Virus record (IMG/VR): IMGVR_UViG_3300030376_004869
Coordinates: 1-43,723 of that record
Origin: a virus
Taxonomy: Duplodnaviria > Caudoviricetes
Length of the DNA stretch: 43,723 nt
Direction: 5' to 3' (one strand)
In this document: positions 27,176 through 35,472 of the stretch, piece by piece
Position numbering within the stretch: the first letter of the stretch is position 1
Layout of the letters: every line of letters begins with the position of its first letter
Notes under the pieces: generated by a model
Database searches by the model: none
What the model saw: the letters and a program-made list of their open reading frames with translations, nothing else
What the model was told of the DNA's origin: nothing
Translations under genes and position numbers: made by a program

Positions 27176-27404
27176 TTATTCCTCCACTTGTAGGCACGTT
27201 TACGTTTGTCTTAAGTGGAATTCTTAGTTGAGATATGCCTGTTTGTTGACTTCTTTTCCTTTTAGCTCGCCTTACTTGTGGATTAACTCCTTCATCTAAA
27301 GGCTTTGCTTCGGGTAATGGTGGTGGTGGTACTGGAGGTGCAGGTGGTGGTGGTGGTAAAGGTGTAGTTGGCATTAACTGACTACTTCTTGCTCCTAAAC
27401 ACAT
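27165..27404 (-). CDS. Pro-rich virion/tail-assembly protein (gp7.3-like position)
   Basis: MC start, poly-Pro stretch and GISQLRIPL; immediately before the portal gene. Confidence 0.7.
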   Translation of the reverse strand: MCLGARSSQLMPTTPLPPPPPAPPVPPPPLPEAKPLDEGVNPQVRRAKRKRSQQTGISQLRIPLKTNVNVPTSGGINEG

Positions 27405-27409
27405 TAGTT

Positions 27410-27595
27410 TTATTCCTCTTGTATTTGTTTGATGTATTCAATAACACTGGCTTGACCAGCTCTGTACATAATTTGCTCAATACTGTCGGATGGAACTATA
27501 GGTTTTTGGGAAAACATTTGATCTAACTTATCTACAAGTTGATCTAGTTTTTCGCTATGTAGCCTAAGAGTATTGAGGTAGGTTGGTGTTTGCAT
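27410..27595 (-). CDS. Conserved small protein (gp6.5-like)
   Basis: IMYRAGQASVIEYIK motif typical of this slot in T7-like phages. Confidence 0.75.
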   Translation of the reverse strand: MQTPTYLNTLRLHSEKLDQLVDKLDQMFSQKPIVPSDSIEQIMYRAGQASVIEYIKQIQEE

Positions 27596-28279
27596 GTTCG
27601 AAAAATGCTGGCATTCGTGCTCGCTTAGTCTCAGAAAACTCAGGTGCTTTACCTTCGTACATCAAGCGATCACTTGCATCCAACCAAAATTTTTTGTCTA
27701 AATATCTATCAGTTGGATTAGTTTTTAAGGGTTGTAATATCCAATTAATGGTGGCTTTCCTAAGTTTGTCCAAAGAAGAGCTAGGGGATAAACCCAACTC
27801 AGCACAAACAAGACTATTAGTCGCCACGTGTATTTGTTCATCTCTGGAAATATCAGCTGATACCGTTCTGAGACCAGCATCGCCATTAAACCTAAAGAAA
27901 GGTAAAAGTACAAAGAATATTGCACGTTCTGCTACCAAAGCTTTTGTAATTGTGTGATCAGGGTGCGCTTCCCACGCATCCCTTAAACGAAAAGCCTCCT
28001 GTTCAGACTTTTCATCAACGCCTATAGCGTTTGTTATATAGCCAAGGGCAAGATCATGCTTAATCTCATCCTTAACGTTGGACTCTAAAAGTGTTCTGGC
28101 AGATTCGGGAACCTTTTTATCAAGTGCCTCTGCAATAAACTCGCCAACTGGTAACTCCATGTGGCGTATTGCAAGAGCACGGTAGATGGTTTCTTCGGCT
28201 CCACTTTTAAGGTTTCCAGCTGTAGTTTGTACAGGTGTCCATGTCCGCTTACGGCTAAGTAATTTTTCATATGGGTTCA
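27564..28279 (-). CDS. Ribonucleotide reductase beta subunit (ferritin-like, cyanopodovirus type)
   Basis: Two ExxH motifs (DEIKH, DEQIH) plus E residues in MELP and AERAIFF; adjacent to the alpha subunit; likely start MNPYEK. Confidence 0.8.
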
Positions 28280-29653
28280 TTCTTGACAATCGCATGTAAC
28301 GGGTTCGTTGTTTAATATTCCCGCTAAGTAATCTTCGACTTCATTCTCATCTAATGCTGCATATGCACTGGACTTATCTTGAACGTCTCCCATTACTTGT
28401 AGAGAATAATAAAGAGAAGTTTGGGGGCTATCAAGCCACTCTTCCACGAACGCATTGTCGTAGGTTACAACGTCACTCCAAGAGTTAAAGCTATATCCAT
28501 GAAGAAGCCCTGTGTGATTTAGCATTGCTACGATCATGTCGGCTACTTTTTTATAAGCATCCCAACCTACTTCACTTGCAATTTCTACATCACCATAATC
28601 GTAATGTTGTACACCAAAAGTTCCACTGTCTCTATCTATAGAGGTTGCTATCGGTGGAGCAATTTCTGGTGCACATGTATATCCCTCTCTATCTTTACTT
28701 CTATATGAACATGATGCAGTAGGAGCTATTGCAAATGCTCTAGCCATATTATGTTCACGTGCTATGTCTGCTGCACCTTGGACTGCTTTATAAAATTCTG
28801 TAGCAATAAGACCAGCTTTTCCAAGTCCCGGGATACCGTCCAAGGTAGCTTCTAGTGCATCACCAAATTGTTTATATGTAACGTTTTCTTGTCGTAGGAA
28901 ATTTGCTAATCCAAGCAATCCAAGTCCGACTTGCCTATCCGTCTTCGGGGATAAGTATTCCCCTGAGCTATCCACGCCTGTTCTGCTATGTAGTTCGCAC
29001 AAGCTGGACATGCCTTCACGGAAAGCACTGCGGAGGTCTCCGATTTTACAGGCACCAATATTGCAGTGCTGGAGCAAGCAAGTTCCGCGTGAGGGCAGAT
29101 ATACTTCGAGACATACGTTACCTCTGATACGTTTTCCATTTTTATCGTGTTTTATTTTGTTAAGCCAAATGTCTCCACTTTTAATTCCGTGGAGGATGGC
29201 TGATTTAGTTTCTGTAGTTGCTTCTTGCCAGCTCCTTTTATCAAGGTTGACGCAGCGTTTAACCCAAGGAAGTTCACTACGATTGGTCGTAACGAAATCC
29301 ATAATATCGGGATGTGTAATATCAAGATGAAGGACACAAGCACCGTTTTTGTAGTGCCCTCCACGGCGAATAATTTCATTTAATGTACTGTAAATTTTTC
29401 CGAACGAGACAGGTCCGCTCGCTGTAAGACCTTTTCCATTTTCTGTTCCTTTTGGACGCAGTTTAGAAAGGTGTACAGCAACTCCGGCTCCGTATCGCAA
29501 AGCGTGTGAAACGAATCTCCAACTTGCTTCAATTCCATTTGGTCCCTCCATAGAGTCTTCTACAACGAAGACTGTGCATGACACAGGAAGACGTGATTCT
29601 GGATCGTCAATCCAGTTTTGAACTCTTCCAGTTCGCGATATAAAATTGCTCAT
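28277..29653 (-). CDS. Ribonucleotide reductase catalytic (alpha) subunit, short cyanopodovirus type
   Basis: PVSC, GNVCLE (N-x-C-x-E), GTCLL, QVGLG, AIAPTASCS, SLYY and C-terminal CDCQE. Confidence 0.92.
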   Translation of the reverse strand: MSNFISRTGRVQNWIDDPESRLPVSCTVFVVEDSMEGPNGIEASWRFVSHALRYGAGVAVHLSKLRPKGTENGKGLTASGPVSFGKIYSTLNEIIRRGGHYKNGACVLHLDITHPDIMDFVTTNRSELPWVKRCVNLDKRSWQEATTETKSAILHGIKSGDIWLNKIKHDKNGKRIRGNVCLEVYLPSRGTCLLQHCNIGACKIGDLRSAFREGMSSLCELHSRTGVDSSGEYLSPKTDRQVGLGLLGLANFLRQENVTYKQFGDALEATLDGIPGLGKAGLIATEFYKAVQGAADIAREHNMARAFAIAPTASCSYRSKDREGYTCAPEIAPPIATSIDRDSGTFGVQHYDYGDVEIASEVGWDAYKKVADMIVAMLNHTGLLHGYSFNSWSDVVTYDNAFVEEWLDSPQTSLYYSLQVMGDVQDKSSAYAALDENEVEDYLAGILNNEPVTCDCQE

Positions 29654-30027
29654 TAGACAAGATCAGTAAGTGTTGGTGGTTTGTAATTTTTGCCTTTTAA
29701 AACTTTTCCGTCTTCTCTGTAAACAGGCTTTCCATCCTTTCCCAGTTTCGACATATTACTTTCATGGACTCGACTTAAGGCTTCGTCAAGATCCCAATTT
29801 TCATTAGCTGCAAATTGATAACAGACATAAACAAGATCAGCTAATTCTTTTAAAGCTTCAGCATGTAATGGCTTGCTATCTCTAAAAAGTAAATCTTCAG
29901 CTTCTAAAAATTCTTTGAACTCTTCAACGATCAAAGATTTCTGCATCGTACGAGTATCCTTCGTCTTTGAGTTTGTCACTCGGAAGGATTCTCGGAACTC
30001 TTTGGCTTGTTCTAAATTCGACTTCAT
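29653..30027 (-). CDS. MazG-like NTP pyrophosphohydrolase
   Basis: LIVEEFKEF...LKELADLVYV...VHESNMSK...REDGKVLKG. Confidence 0.88.
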   Translation of the reverse strand: MKSNLEQAKEFRESFRVTNSKTKDTRTMQKSLIVEEFKEFLEAEDLLFRDSKPLHAEALKELADLVYVCYQFAANENWDLDEALSRVHESNMSKLGKDGKPVYREDGKVLKGKNYKPPTLTDLV

Positions 30028-30211
30028 TCTCTAGGTAATGGATGGCTTTTTGTAAATCTTCTATATCGTTATCTTTATATCCAACTCGGCATACATATTT
30101 AATGACGTTCCCAAGATGAAAATTTAATTCTTGATCACGAATAAAATCCCAGACTTGGATGGATCCACGTTTGTAATATTTACCCCCTCTTTCATTGGTG
30201 GTGTTGGCCAT
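29924..30211 (-). CDS. DUF3310 protein (T7 gp1.7-like)
   Basis: YYKRGSIQVWDFI...FHLGNVIKYVCR.G.K...EDLQKAIHYL. Confidence 0.85.
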   Translation of the reverse strand: MANTTNERGGKYYKRGSIQVWDFIRDQELNFHLGNVIKYVCRVGYKDNDIEDLQKAIHYLENEVEFRTSQRVPRILPSDKLKDEGYSYDAEIFDR

Positions 30212-30414
30212 TTTTGTAATAAATTTTGTAGACAGTTTTGTAAAGTAAAACTTTGTTTTTGTAGAGCAAGGAAAACAGTAACAATATCTTCCTTGCTTGT
30301 TTCTTTTTTATTGAGTGCAATTTCTAATTGCCTCATCTTAAAATCTTGTTCAGTTGTTAACTTGGTAATTGGGGCAGGGATCCCAGAGTATTGGTTCTTG
30401 TTTGTCGAAGTCAT
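30124..30414 (-). CDS. nblA: NblA-like phycobiliprotein degradation adaptor, overlapping the exonuclease 3' end (start uncertain)
   Basis: LTTEQDFKMR...SKEDIVTVFLALQKQ...QNCLQNLLQKW parallels the NblA pattern L(S/T)xEQxF...L..Q....N....L. Confidence 0.65.
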   Translation of the reverse strand: MTSTNKNQYSGIPAPITKLTTEQDFKMRQLEIALNKKETSKEDIVTVFLALQKQSFTLQNCLQNLLQKWPTPPMKEGVNITNVDPSKSGILFVIKN

Positions 30415-31087
30415 AATCTTCAGCGGTAAGTATTTTGGCAAGGCGTGCATTTTGTAATGCAATATCTTCTCCTAAGTCTTTATCTGCAAATGCATCTACT
30501 AAAGTTTTCCAACTCCAACCATTAGCTTCAAATAATTGAGTTGCTTTTTTAATTCCAACACCGGGTATACCTGCATAACCATCTGTATTATCTCCAGCAG
30601 CACTTTGCGTTAGATGCCATTTTTCACCCTCAGATTTAGTGATTGTGAAAACATCTTCAAAGTTATATAACTGACCGGGTATTTGTTTCATGTCTTTATC
30701 TGGACTAACAATAATGTTGCCCGGATATTTGGTTGCATATACACCCATTGAATCGTCTGCTTCTAATCCATCTTTAATTATTACTCTGTACTCTGTTTTT
30801 AATTTCTCTATTACACGTTTATATCCACATGGCTTTTTTCTATTTCGATGACCTTTATAATCAGGGTAAATTTTTTTCCTAAAATTATTAGGGCTACTAA
30901 AAAATAATATAAGCTCATCAAATGATCCAAAGACTTTTTCAATCTTTGCTAATTCTCTTTTAACGCACGCATAAGCTTCACTAAAATTTGAAGTGACAAC
31001 TATTACATCGTCACCAAAATCCATTTCTGTTTCAGAAGCTGCGCAACATTTATATACCGTAAAATCGGCATCTATTAATAATTTCAT
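30350..31087 (-). CDS. 5'-3' exonuclease (gp6-like)
   Basis: LLIDAD, YKGHR, LEADD, DKD, GDNTDGYAGIPGVG motifs. Confidence 0.94.
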   Translation of the reverse strand: MKLLIDADFTVYKCCAASETEMDFGDDVIVVTSNFSEAYACVKRELAKIEKVFGSFDELILFFSSPNNFRKKIYPDYKGHRNRKKPCGYKRVIEKLKTEYRVIIKDGLEADDSMGVYATKYPGNIIVSPDKDMKQIPGQLYNFEDVFTITKSEGEKWHLTQSAAGDNTDGYAGIPGVGIKKATQLFEANGWSWKTLVDAFADKDLGEDIALQNARLAKILTAEDYDFDKQEPILWDPCPNYQVNN

Positions 31088-31089
31088 AG

Positions 31090-32352
31090 TTAATGTACGT
31101 CAGCCCACGTATGTCCGTTCTTTGCTTCTGCTTCTATAGGACAACGTAAGTTGTAATATTCACCAGCTTGTGTAGCAGAAAGACACAATAAAAATTGGAG
31201 GTCTACTATGTCTTCTGCAGCACATTCATACTGCAATTCATCGTGAATAAATGCAAGTTGATGAGCTGATTTTGGTAGGTGTTGATTAGCTATATATAGC
31301 CAACGCTTTGCGATAATTCCAGCCGATCCTTGAAGCAAATAATTTAAACTTTTATGAGTACTATCGACTAAGATTTTACGTCCGTCTATAGCTCGTATAT
31401 AGCCTCTCTGACCTGCCTTTTTAATCGCCTTAAGAAGTTCCGATAATCCGTCAATAGCATCGACATAGGCTTTACGTACCTCCTTACCTTTTTCTTTAGC
31501 ATCTTTTTCGGATAATGTTTTATCGACTGATAGACCTATTTTTTGGTCTCCAGCCCCATACAAGAAGGCATAAGTAACTGTTTTAACTTGTCTTCGGGTA
31601 ATCCCAATTTTGTCAGCATTTTGTTGGTGTATGTCTCCGTTGACCAATACATCCGCATATTTCCCGTCATCATATCTGCCCAAATAGTGAGCAAGCATAC
31701 GTAACTCAATACCGCTAAGGTCAGCACCAACCATTCGTAAATTTGGACTAGCAGTAAATAAACGTCTGAATCTCTCATCACTAGGTACCTGAGCAAGGTT
31801 TGGATTTCGATGGCTTGCGCGATGTGTGGCACATCCAACTGAACAATGGTGGTGAATTCTACTAGATGTCGTACATAGCTTCTGCCATGCGTTCACGCCT
31901 TCGGATATCATCCCAAGCTGCTTCGTCAGATCCAAGAGTCTCGCAAAATTCAGAGCTATATCCGTCCCAAATTCTTTGAGTGTAATTTCGTTGATTACTG
32001 GTTTTCCGGTAGCCGTCATTGATGACGGTACCCATCCGTAATGTGTTTTGAGAATCCATGCAATGTGATCCCGTGAGGTGGGATTAAAATCTTTTAATCG
32101 GGTGAATGTGGCGTTCTTGATGTATCCACTGGTTTTGTTGTCTCTTCGAGGAGTAAATTCGTGTCCTTTAACGAAAGGGTGCCTGTCTCGAAGTAATTGA
32201 GTAGTTTCTTCCAGCTCTCGTCTGAGAGTTGATTCAAGTTCCCGTGCAGCTTTTTCATCAAAGTACCATCCATGAATTTCTTGTTGTAAAAGTATTTTTG
32301 CGACTTCATGCTCTAGCGAGCACCAGTCAGGTAAGGGTGGAAGTGCTTGCAT
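31090..32352 (-). CDS. DNA polymerase family A, polymerase domain (separate ORF or -1 frameshift continuation)
   Basis: DLSGIELR (motif A), RRQVKTVTYAFLYG (motif B), IHDE (motif C). The protein-like part begins about LPDWCSLEH; an ATG (MQAL) lies at 32352. Confidence 0.93.
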   Translation of the reverse strand: MQALPPLPDWCSLEHEVAKILLQQEIHGWYFDEKAARELESTLRRELEETTQLLRDRHPFVKGHEFTPRRDNKTSGYIKNATFTRLKDFNPTSRDHIAWILKTHYGWVPSSMTATGKPVINEITLKEFGTDIALNFARLLDLTKQLGMISEGVNAWQKLCTTSSRIHHHCSVGCATHRASHRNPNLAQVPSDERFRRLFTASPNLRMVGADLSGIELRMLAHYLGRYDDGKYADVLVNGDIHQQNADKIGITRRQVKTVTYAFLYGAGDQKIGLSVDKTLSEKDAKEKGKEVRKAYVDAIDGLSELLKAIKKAGQRGYIRAIDGRKILVDSTHKSLNYLLQGSAGIIAKRWLYIANQHLPKSAHQLAFIHDELQYECAAEDIVDLQFLLCLSATQAGEYYNLRCPIEAEAKNGHTWADVH

Positions 32353-32831
32353 AATTTTGTTGTTATTCGTACGTCTTGCTCGCAATAATCTTGCATCTCT
32401 TGACTCCACTCTTTCCAGTCAGTTGTTTTAGAAAAATTTCCTTTATATTCGCCTAAACGATAACCGTATGACTCCAAGCTATGCCGTCCATACTGTTGTA
32501 AAGGCATAAATTTCCAATTATGTTTATCATCTATATCTCTTATATTGGGATGAAATAGACGTGATAAAAGTAGAGTGTCTATTATCTGGGCTGCAGGTTT
32601 GAACCAATCATAAATAGACTGTGCAACTGGTATATCAAAATCAATAACGTTATGACCAGCAATACTATCGGCAAGCATTAAATTTTGTAAGCCTGTATGT
32701 ATTGGATAGTGATTATCTTTCTCGTTGTTATACGTTTCGTATTGATCAGTTTCAGTGTCGTAAGTAACTAAACAATGAATACGATCTGCTATACCTCTTA
32801 ACCCATTTGTTTCTAAATCAAATATCAACAT
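32313..32831 (-). CDS. DNA polymerase 3'-5' exonuclease domain
   Basis: FDLET (ExoI), GHNVIDFD (ExoII), YCEQDV (ExoIII); overlaps the polymerase-domain ORF in another frame. Confidence 0.93.
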   Translation of the reverse strand: MLIFDLETNGLRGIADRIHCLVTYDTETDQYETYNNEKDNHYPIHTGLQNLMLADSIAGHNVIDFDIPVAQSIYDWFKPAAQIIDTLLLSRLFHPNIRDIDDKHNWKFMPLQQYGRHSLESYGYRLGEYKGNFSKTTDWKEWSQEMQDYCEQDVRITTKLCKHFHPYLTGAR

Positions 32832-33019
32832 TATTTACTCCACTTGTAGGTTTTATCTACAAATGCAGCTCGTTGTACTTGATCTTTTGTAGGTGGGTTT
32901 GGTTTTTTTAATTTATCTTTTTCAAAAGCTTTATACCAAGGATGTACATAATGCTCAAAAATCGCAGGGCGATTCGACGGCATTGAAAATTGTGTGTCCC
33001 GCAGTTTCATCTTCTTCAA
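32831..33019 (-). CDS. Hypothetical protein (62 aa)
   Basis: Overlaps the helicase end and is TAATG-coupled to the polymerase; KPNPPT...AAFVDKTY motif. Confidence 0.6.
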   Translation of the reverse strand: MKKMKLRDTQFSMPSNRPAIFEHYVHPWYKAFEKDKLKKPNPPTKDQVQRAAFVDKTYKWSK

Positions 33020-34553
33020 ATCGACAAGTTTGTAAGTTATAAGTTAGGTTTGCAGCTATGCCTGTCTCGCCAGAATATCTATTCTTAAGGACTCGCAAAG
33101 TCGTAGAGCTTCCCACTTGGTTGGACTGCTGATTTCGTTCGAGCGCAAGCAAATTATCGCTGATTTGAGATATCGAAGCAGATCCTCTGAGTTGCCCGAG
33201 TGTAACTCTTGCTCCTTCTTCATGATTTTTATCAGTTTGTGTTCTTCTTAAATGACTAACTAAGAAAAGGTGTATACCTGTTCGCTCAACTAAGCTTCTA
33301 AGCTTTGTCATTGTTTGGTCAATCATGCGACGTTCATCGCCATCTAATCCAGACAATAATATTGATAGGTGATCTAAAAAGATAACACGACATTCCAATC
33401 CACAGGCAAGGTATTCGATACGCGAATAAATGAGGTCGCTTTCATAAGAACCAAAGCCATCAAAGAGAAATAAATTCCAATTAGCAATCGTGCTTCTATA
33501 AGCTTCCTCGAGTTCTGATTTTTCATGGGTTCCAAGATGTAATGCTTTACCAACCGCTGTGGACATTAATCCAAGGGCTGTGCGTCTATTTGATTCTTCA
33601 AGTGCCAAATAGCCAACCCGTTCTCCCCTTGAGAGAAGGTGAGTTGCAAGCTGCCTACAGTAGGACGATTTTCCAATACCAGTACCCGCAGTAATTGTCG
33701 TAAGCTCTCCGTATCTGATCCCGTGTGTTTTATCTTGTAATCCTTTAAATGGGTACTCATGGTCGCATGGGGGTTCTGGTTTAGTAACTATCTCTAATAA
33801 ATCTTTTGCTTCTACTATTCCGTCAGGTCTGTATGGTTTTGCATCCCATATAGCTCTTCTTACTAAATCTTGTTGCCCAGCGGATAATGCTTCTGAAGCG
33901 TCCTTGTAATTTTCTAACCTAGCTATAGTAACTTTGCCCGGTGGTAGTACTGAAGCACATTCCTCTGTTGCTTTTCTGCCTGCCTCATCATTATCAAAAA
34001 ATAAACAAATCTCAGCATAACCTTGTAAAAATGGTAGTGCTTTTTGTATATCTTTTTTACCTCCTGCAGCTCCGTGAGCAAGGCTAACCATTGGCCAACC
34101 TGACATAACTTCATAACAGCTAGCAGCGTCTAATTCACCCTCAGTAACGACAACACGTTTACCAATAGTAGGGAATAAATGCTGACCAAATAAAGTGTCA
34201 GTGGAAACTCCTTCATAATAAAAATCCTTTTGCTTAGTCTTTACTTTGACTCCTTGAAGTATTCCATCGCCGCTGTAATAATGGAAGAGTAGTTGTGAGT
34301 CGTCTCTGTATATTTTGTAGAGTTCGTTTGTTTTGACCGATAATCCTCGTTTTCTGAGTTCAACGGCATATCCTCGTAGTTGTACATGGGTGGTCATTTG
34401 TTGATTGTGAAGTATTGGTTCGCCATCACCGTGTATATAGTTTTGGCAAACAAAACAAAATGTATGTCCATCCGAATAGAGAGAGTTCCCATCGGATGAA
34501 CCACAGTTATTGCAAGGCTCATGCCTTACGAATTCGCTAGTTATATCAGCCAT
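32955..34553 (-). CDS. Primase/helicase (gp4)
   Basis: CNNC..CFVC zinc finger, TOPRIM (EGELD, FDND), AGTGIGKS, FLDH, LRGS, KNR. Confidence 0.97.
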   Translation of the reverse strand: MADITSEFVRHEPCNNCGSSDGNSLYSDGHTFCFVCQNYIHGDGEPILHNQQMTTHVQLRGYAVELRKRGLSVKTNELYKIYRDDSQLLFHYYSGDGILQGVKVKTKQKDFYYEGVSTDTLFGQHLFPTIGKRVVVTEGELDAASCYEVMSGWPMVSLAHGAAGGKKDIQKALPFLQGYAEICLFFDNDEAGRKATEECASVLPPGKVTIARLENYKDASEALSAGQQDLVRRAIWDAKPYRPDGIVEAKDLLEIVTKPEPPCDHEYPFKGLQDKTHGIRYGELTTITAGTGIGKSSYCRQLATHLLSRGERVGYLALEESNRRTALGLMSTAVGKALHLGTHEKSELEEAYRSTIANWNLFLFDGFGSYESDLIYSRIEYLACGLECRVIFLDHLSILLSGLDGDERRMIDQTMTKLRSLVERTGIHLFLVSHLRRTQTDKNHEEGARVTLGQLRGSASISQISDNLLALERNQQSNQVGSSTTLRVLKNRYSGETGIAANLTYNLQTCRFEEDETAGHTIFNAVESPCDF

Positions 34554-34894
34554 TCCATTGGTATGTCATGCCAAGATGTCCATGGGATTTCATGTTTCTC
34601 ACACCATTTGGCATAGGTAGTTTTAGATTTTTTAGAAATTTTATTAAAAGGATTTTGAAATATCATTCTCAGATCTATATAAGGATTATCCTCTTTTACC
34701 TTTTTTATTTTGCGGCGGTCTGCAGGAGACCACCATCCTTTAGTCTCTAGATATATCCCGTTAGGTAGTAGAAAGTCAGGTGTATAATTATGTTCAATTG
34801 TATAAGCAATTTGAGTTGGTTCATAATCATAGTCAATGCCTAATCCAACTAATAAATCTGCGACGTTCTCTTCTAATTTTGAACGAAACCCCAT
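34541..34894 (-). CDS. Endonuclease I (gp3, Holliday junction resolvase)
   Basis: FRSKLE...YTPDF...ETKG...TTYAKWC. Confidence 0.95.
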   Translation of the reverse strand: MGFRSKLEENVADLLVGLGIDYDYEPTQIAYTIEHNYTPDFLLPNGIYLETKGWWSPADRRKIKKVKEDNPYIDLRMIFQNPFNKISKKSKTTYAKWCEKHEIPWTSWHDIPMEWLI

Positions 34895-35472
34895 TAGAAT
34901 TCATCGTCAACTTGCACTGATGATGGAGCTGCATCAACTACTACATTAGGTTCGCTAGCTTTAAATCCTGAGCATGTGCCAAATATTTCAGCGGCTTCAG
35001 TTTCATTTAGATCTCCACTGTCAACACCTGCACCACCTTTAACGGAGACAACTTGTATACAAGATAGCTTTAAACTTGTGCCATATGTAGACCCGTCCTT
35101 GAGTATGTATGGCTTCTGTATAAAGCCAAGCTTTACCTTCGAGCCTTCATATACTGGGGTATCTAAATCAGTTACTGGAGTCCCTTCTGTGTCTACTACA
35201 GGGGGTTTTTTATCTTCTTTCCAGCTAAACTTAAGTAGATATTTTCCTTTAGCTACCTCTTCCCATGGCTCAGGTTTTGCTACGGATCTTTTTGGATTCT
35301 TTAATTTAGAAGTAGCCCAGTTAAGGCAGCCTTCTCTCTCTTCTTCTAAAACATTTATTAAATCCTCACCGACGACTGCTTTTAAACTATATCCAAATTT
35401 ACTTGGCTTAAGTACTGCTTGAAATCCTTCAAGTGTTACAGGTTCAGCGGTGGTGTGAATTGCTCTAGTCAT
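34894..35472 (-). CDS. Single-stranded DNA-binding protein (gp2.5-like)
   Basis: Position after RNAP; GSKVKL...YGTSLKL..IQV; acidic C-terminus ending in Phe (DDEF). Confidence 0.9.
   Translation of the reverse strand: MTRAIHTTAEPVTLEGFQAVLKPSKFGYSLKAVVGEDLINVLEEEREGCLNWATSKLKNPKRSVAKPEPWEEVAKGKYLLKFSWKEDKKPPVVDTEGTPVTDLDTPVYEGSKVKLGFIQKPYILKDGSTYGTSLKLSCIQVVSVKGGAGVDSGDLNETEAAEIFGTCSGFKASEPNVVVDAAPSSVQVDDEF

Noticed and set aside
27316-27363. (GGT)n repeat as a regulatory or phase-variable tract
   Set aside because: It is explained by the poly-Pro coding of the gp7.3-like protein.
1315-34114. Same-strand nested ORFs inside terL, psbA, RNR, DNA polymerase and primase (e.g. 1681-2139, 23711-24022, 31536-31838)
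   Set aside because: They have the Leu-rich off-frame composition expected from codon bias, with no motif or coupling evidence, unlike the 5395-6267 and NblA-like cases.
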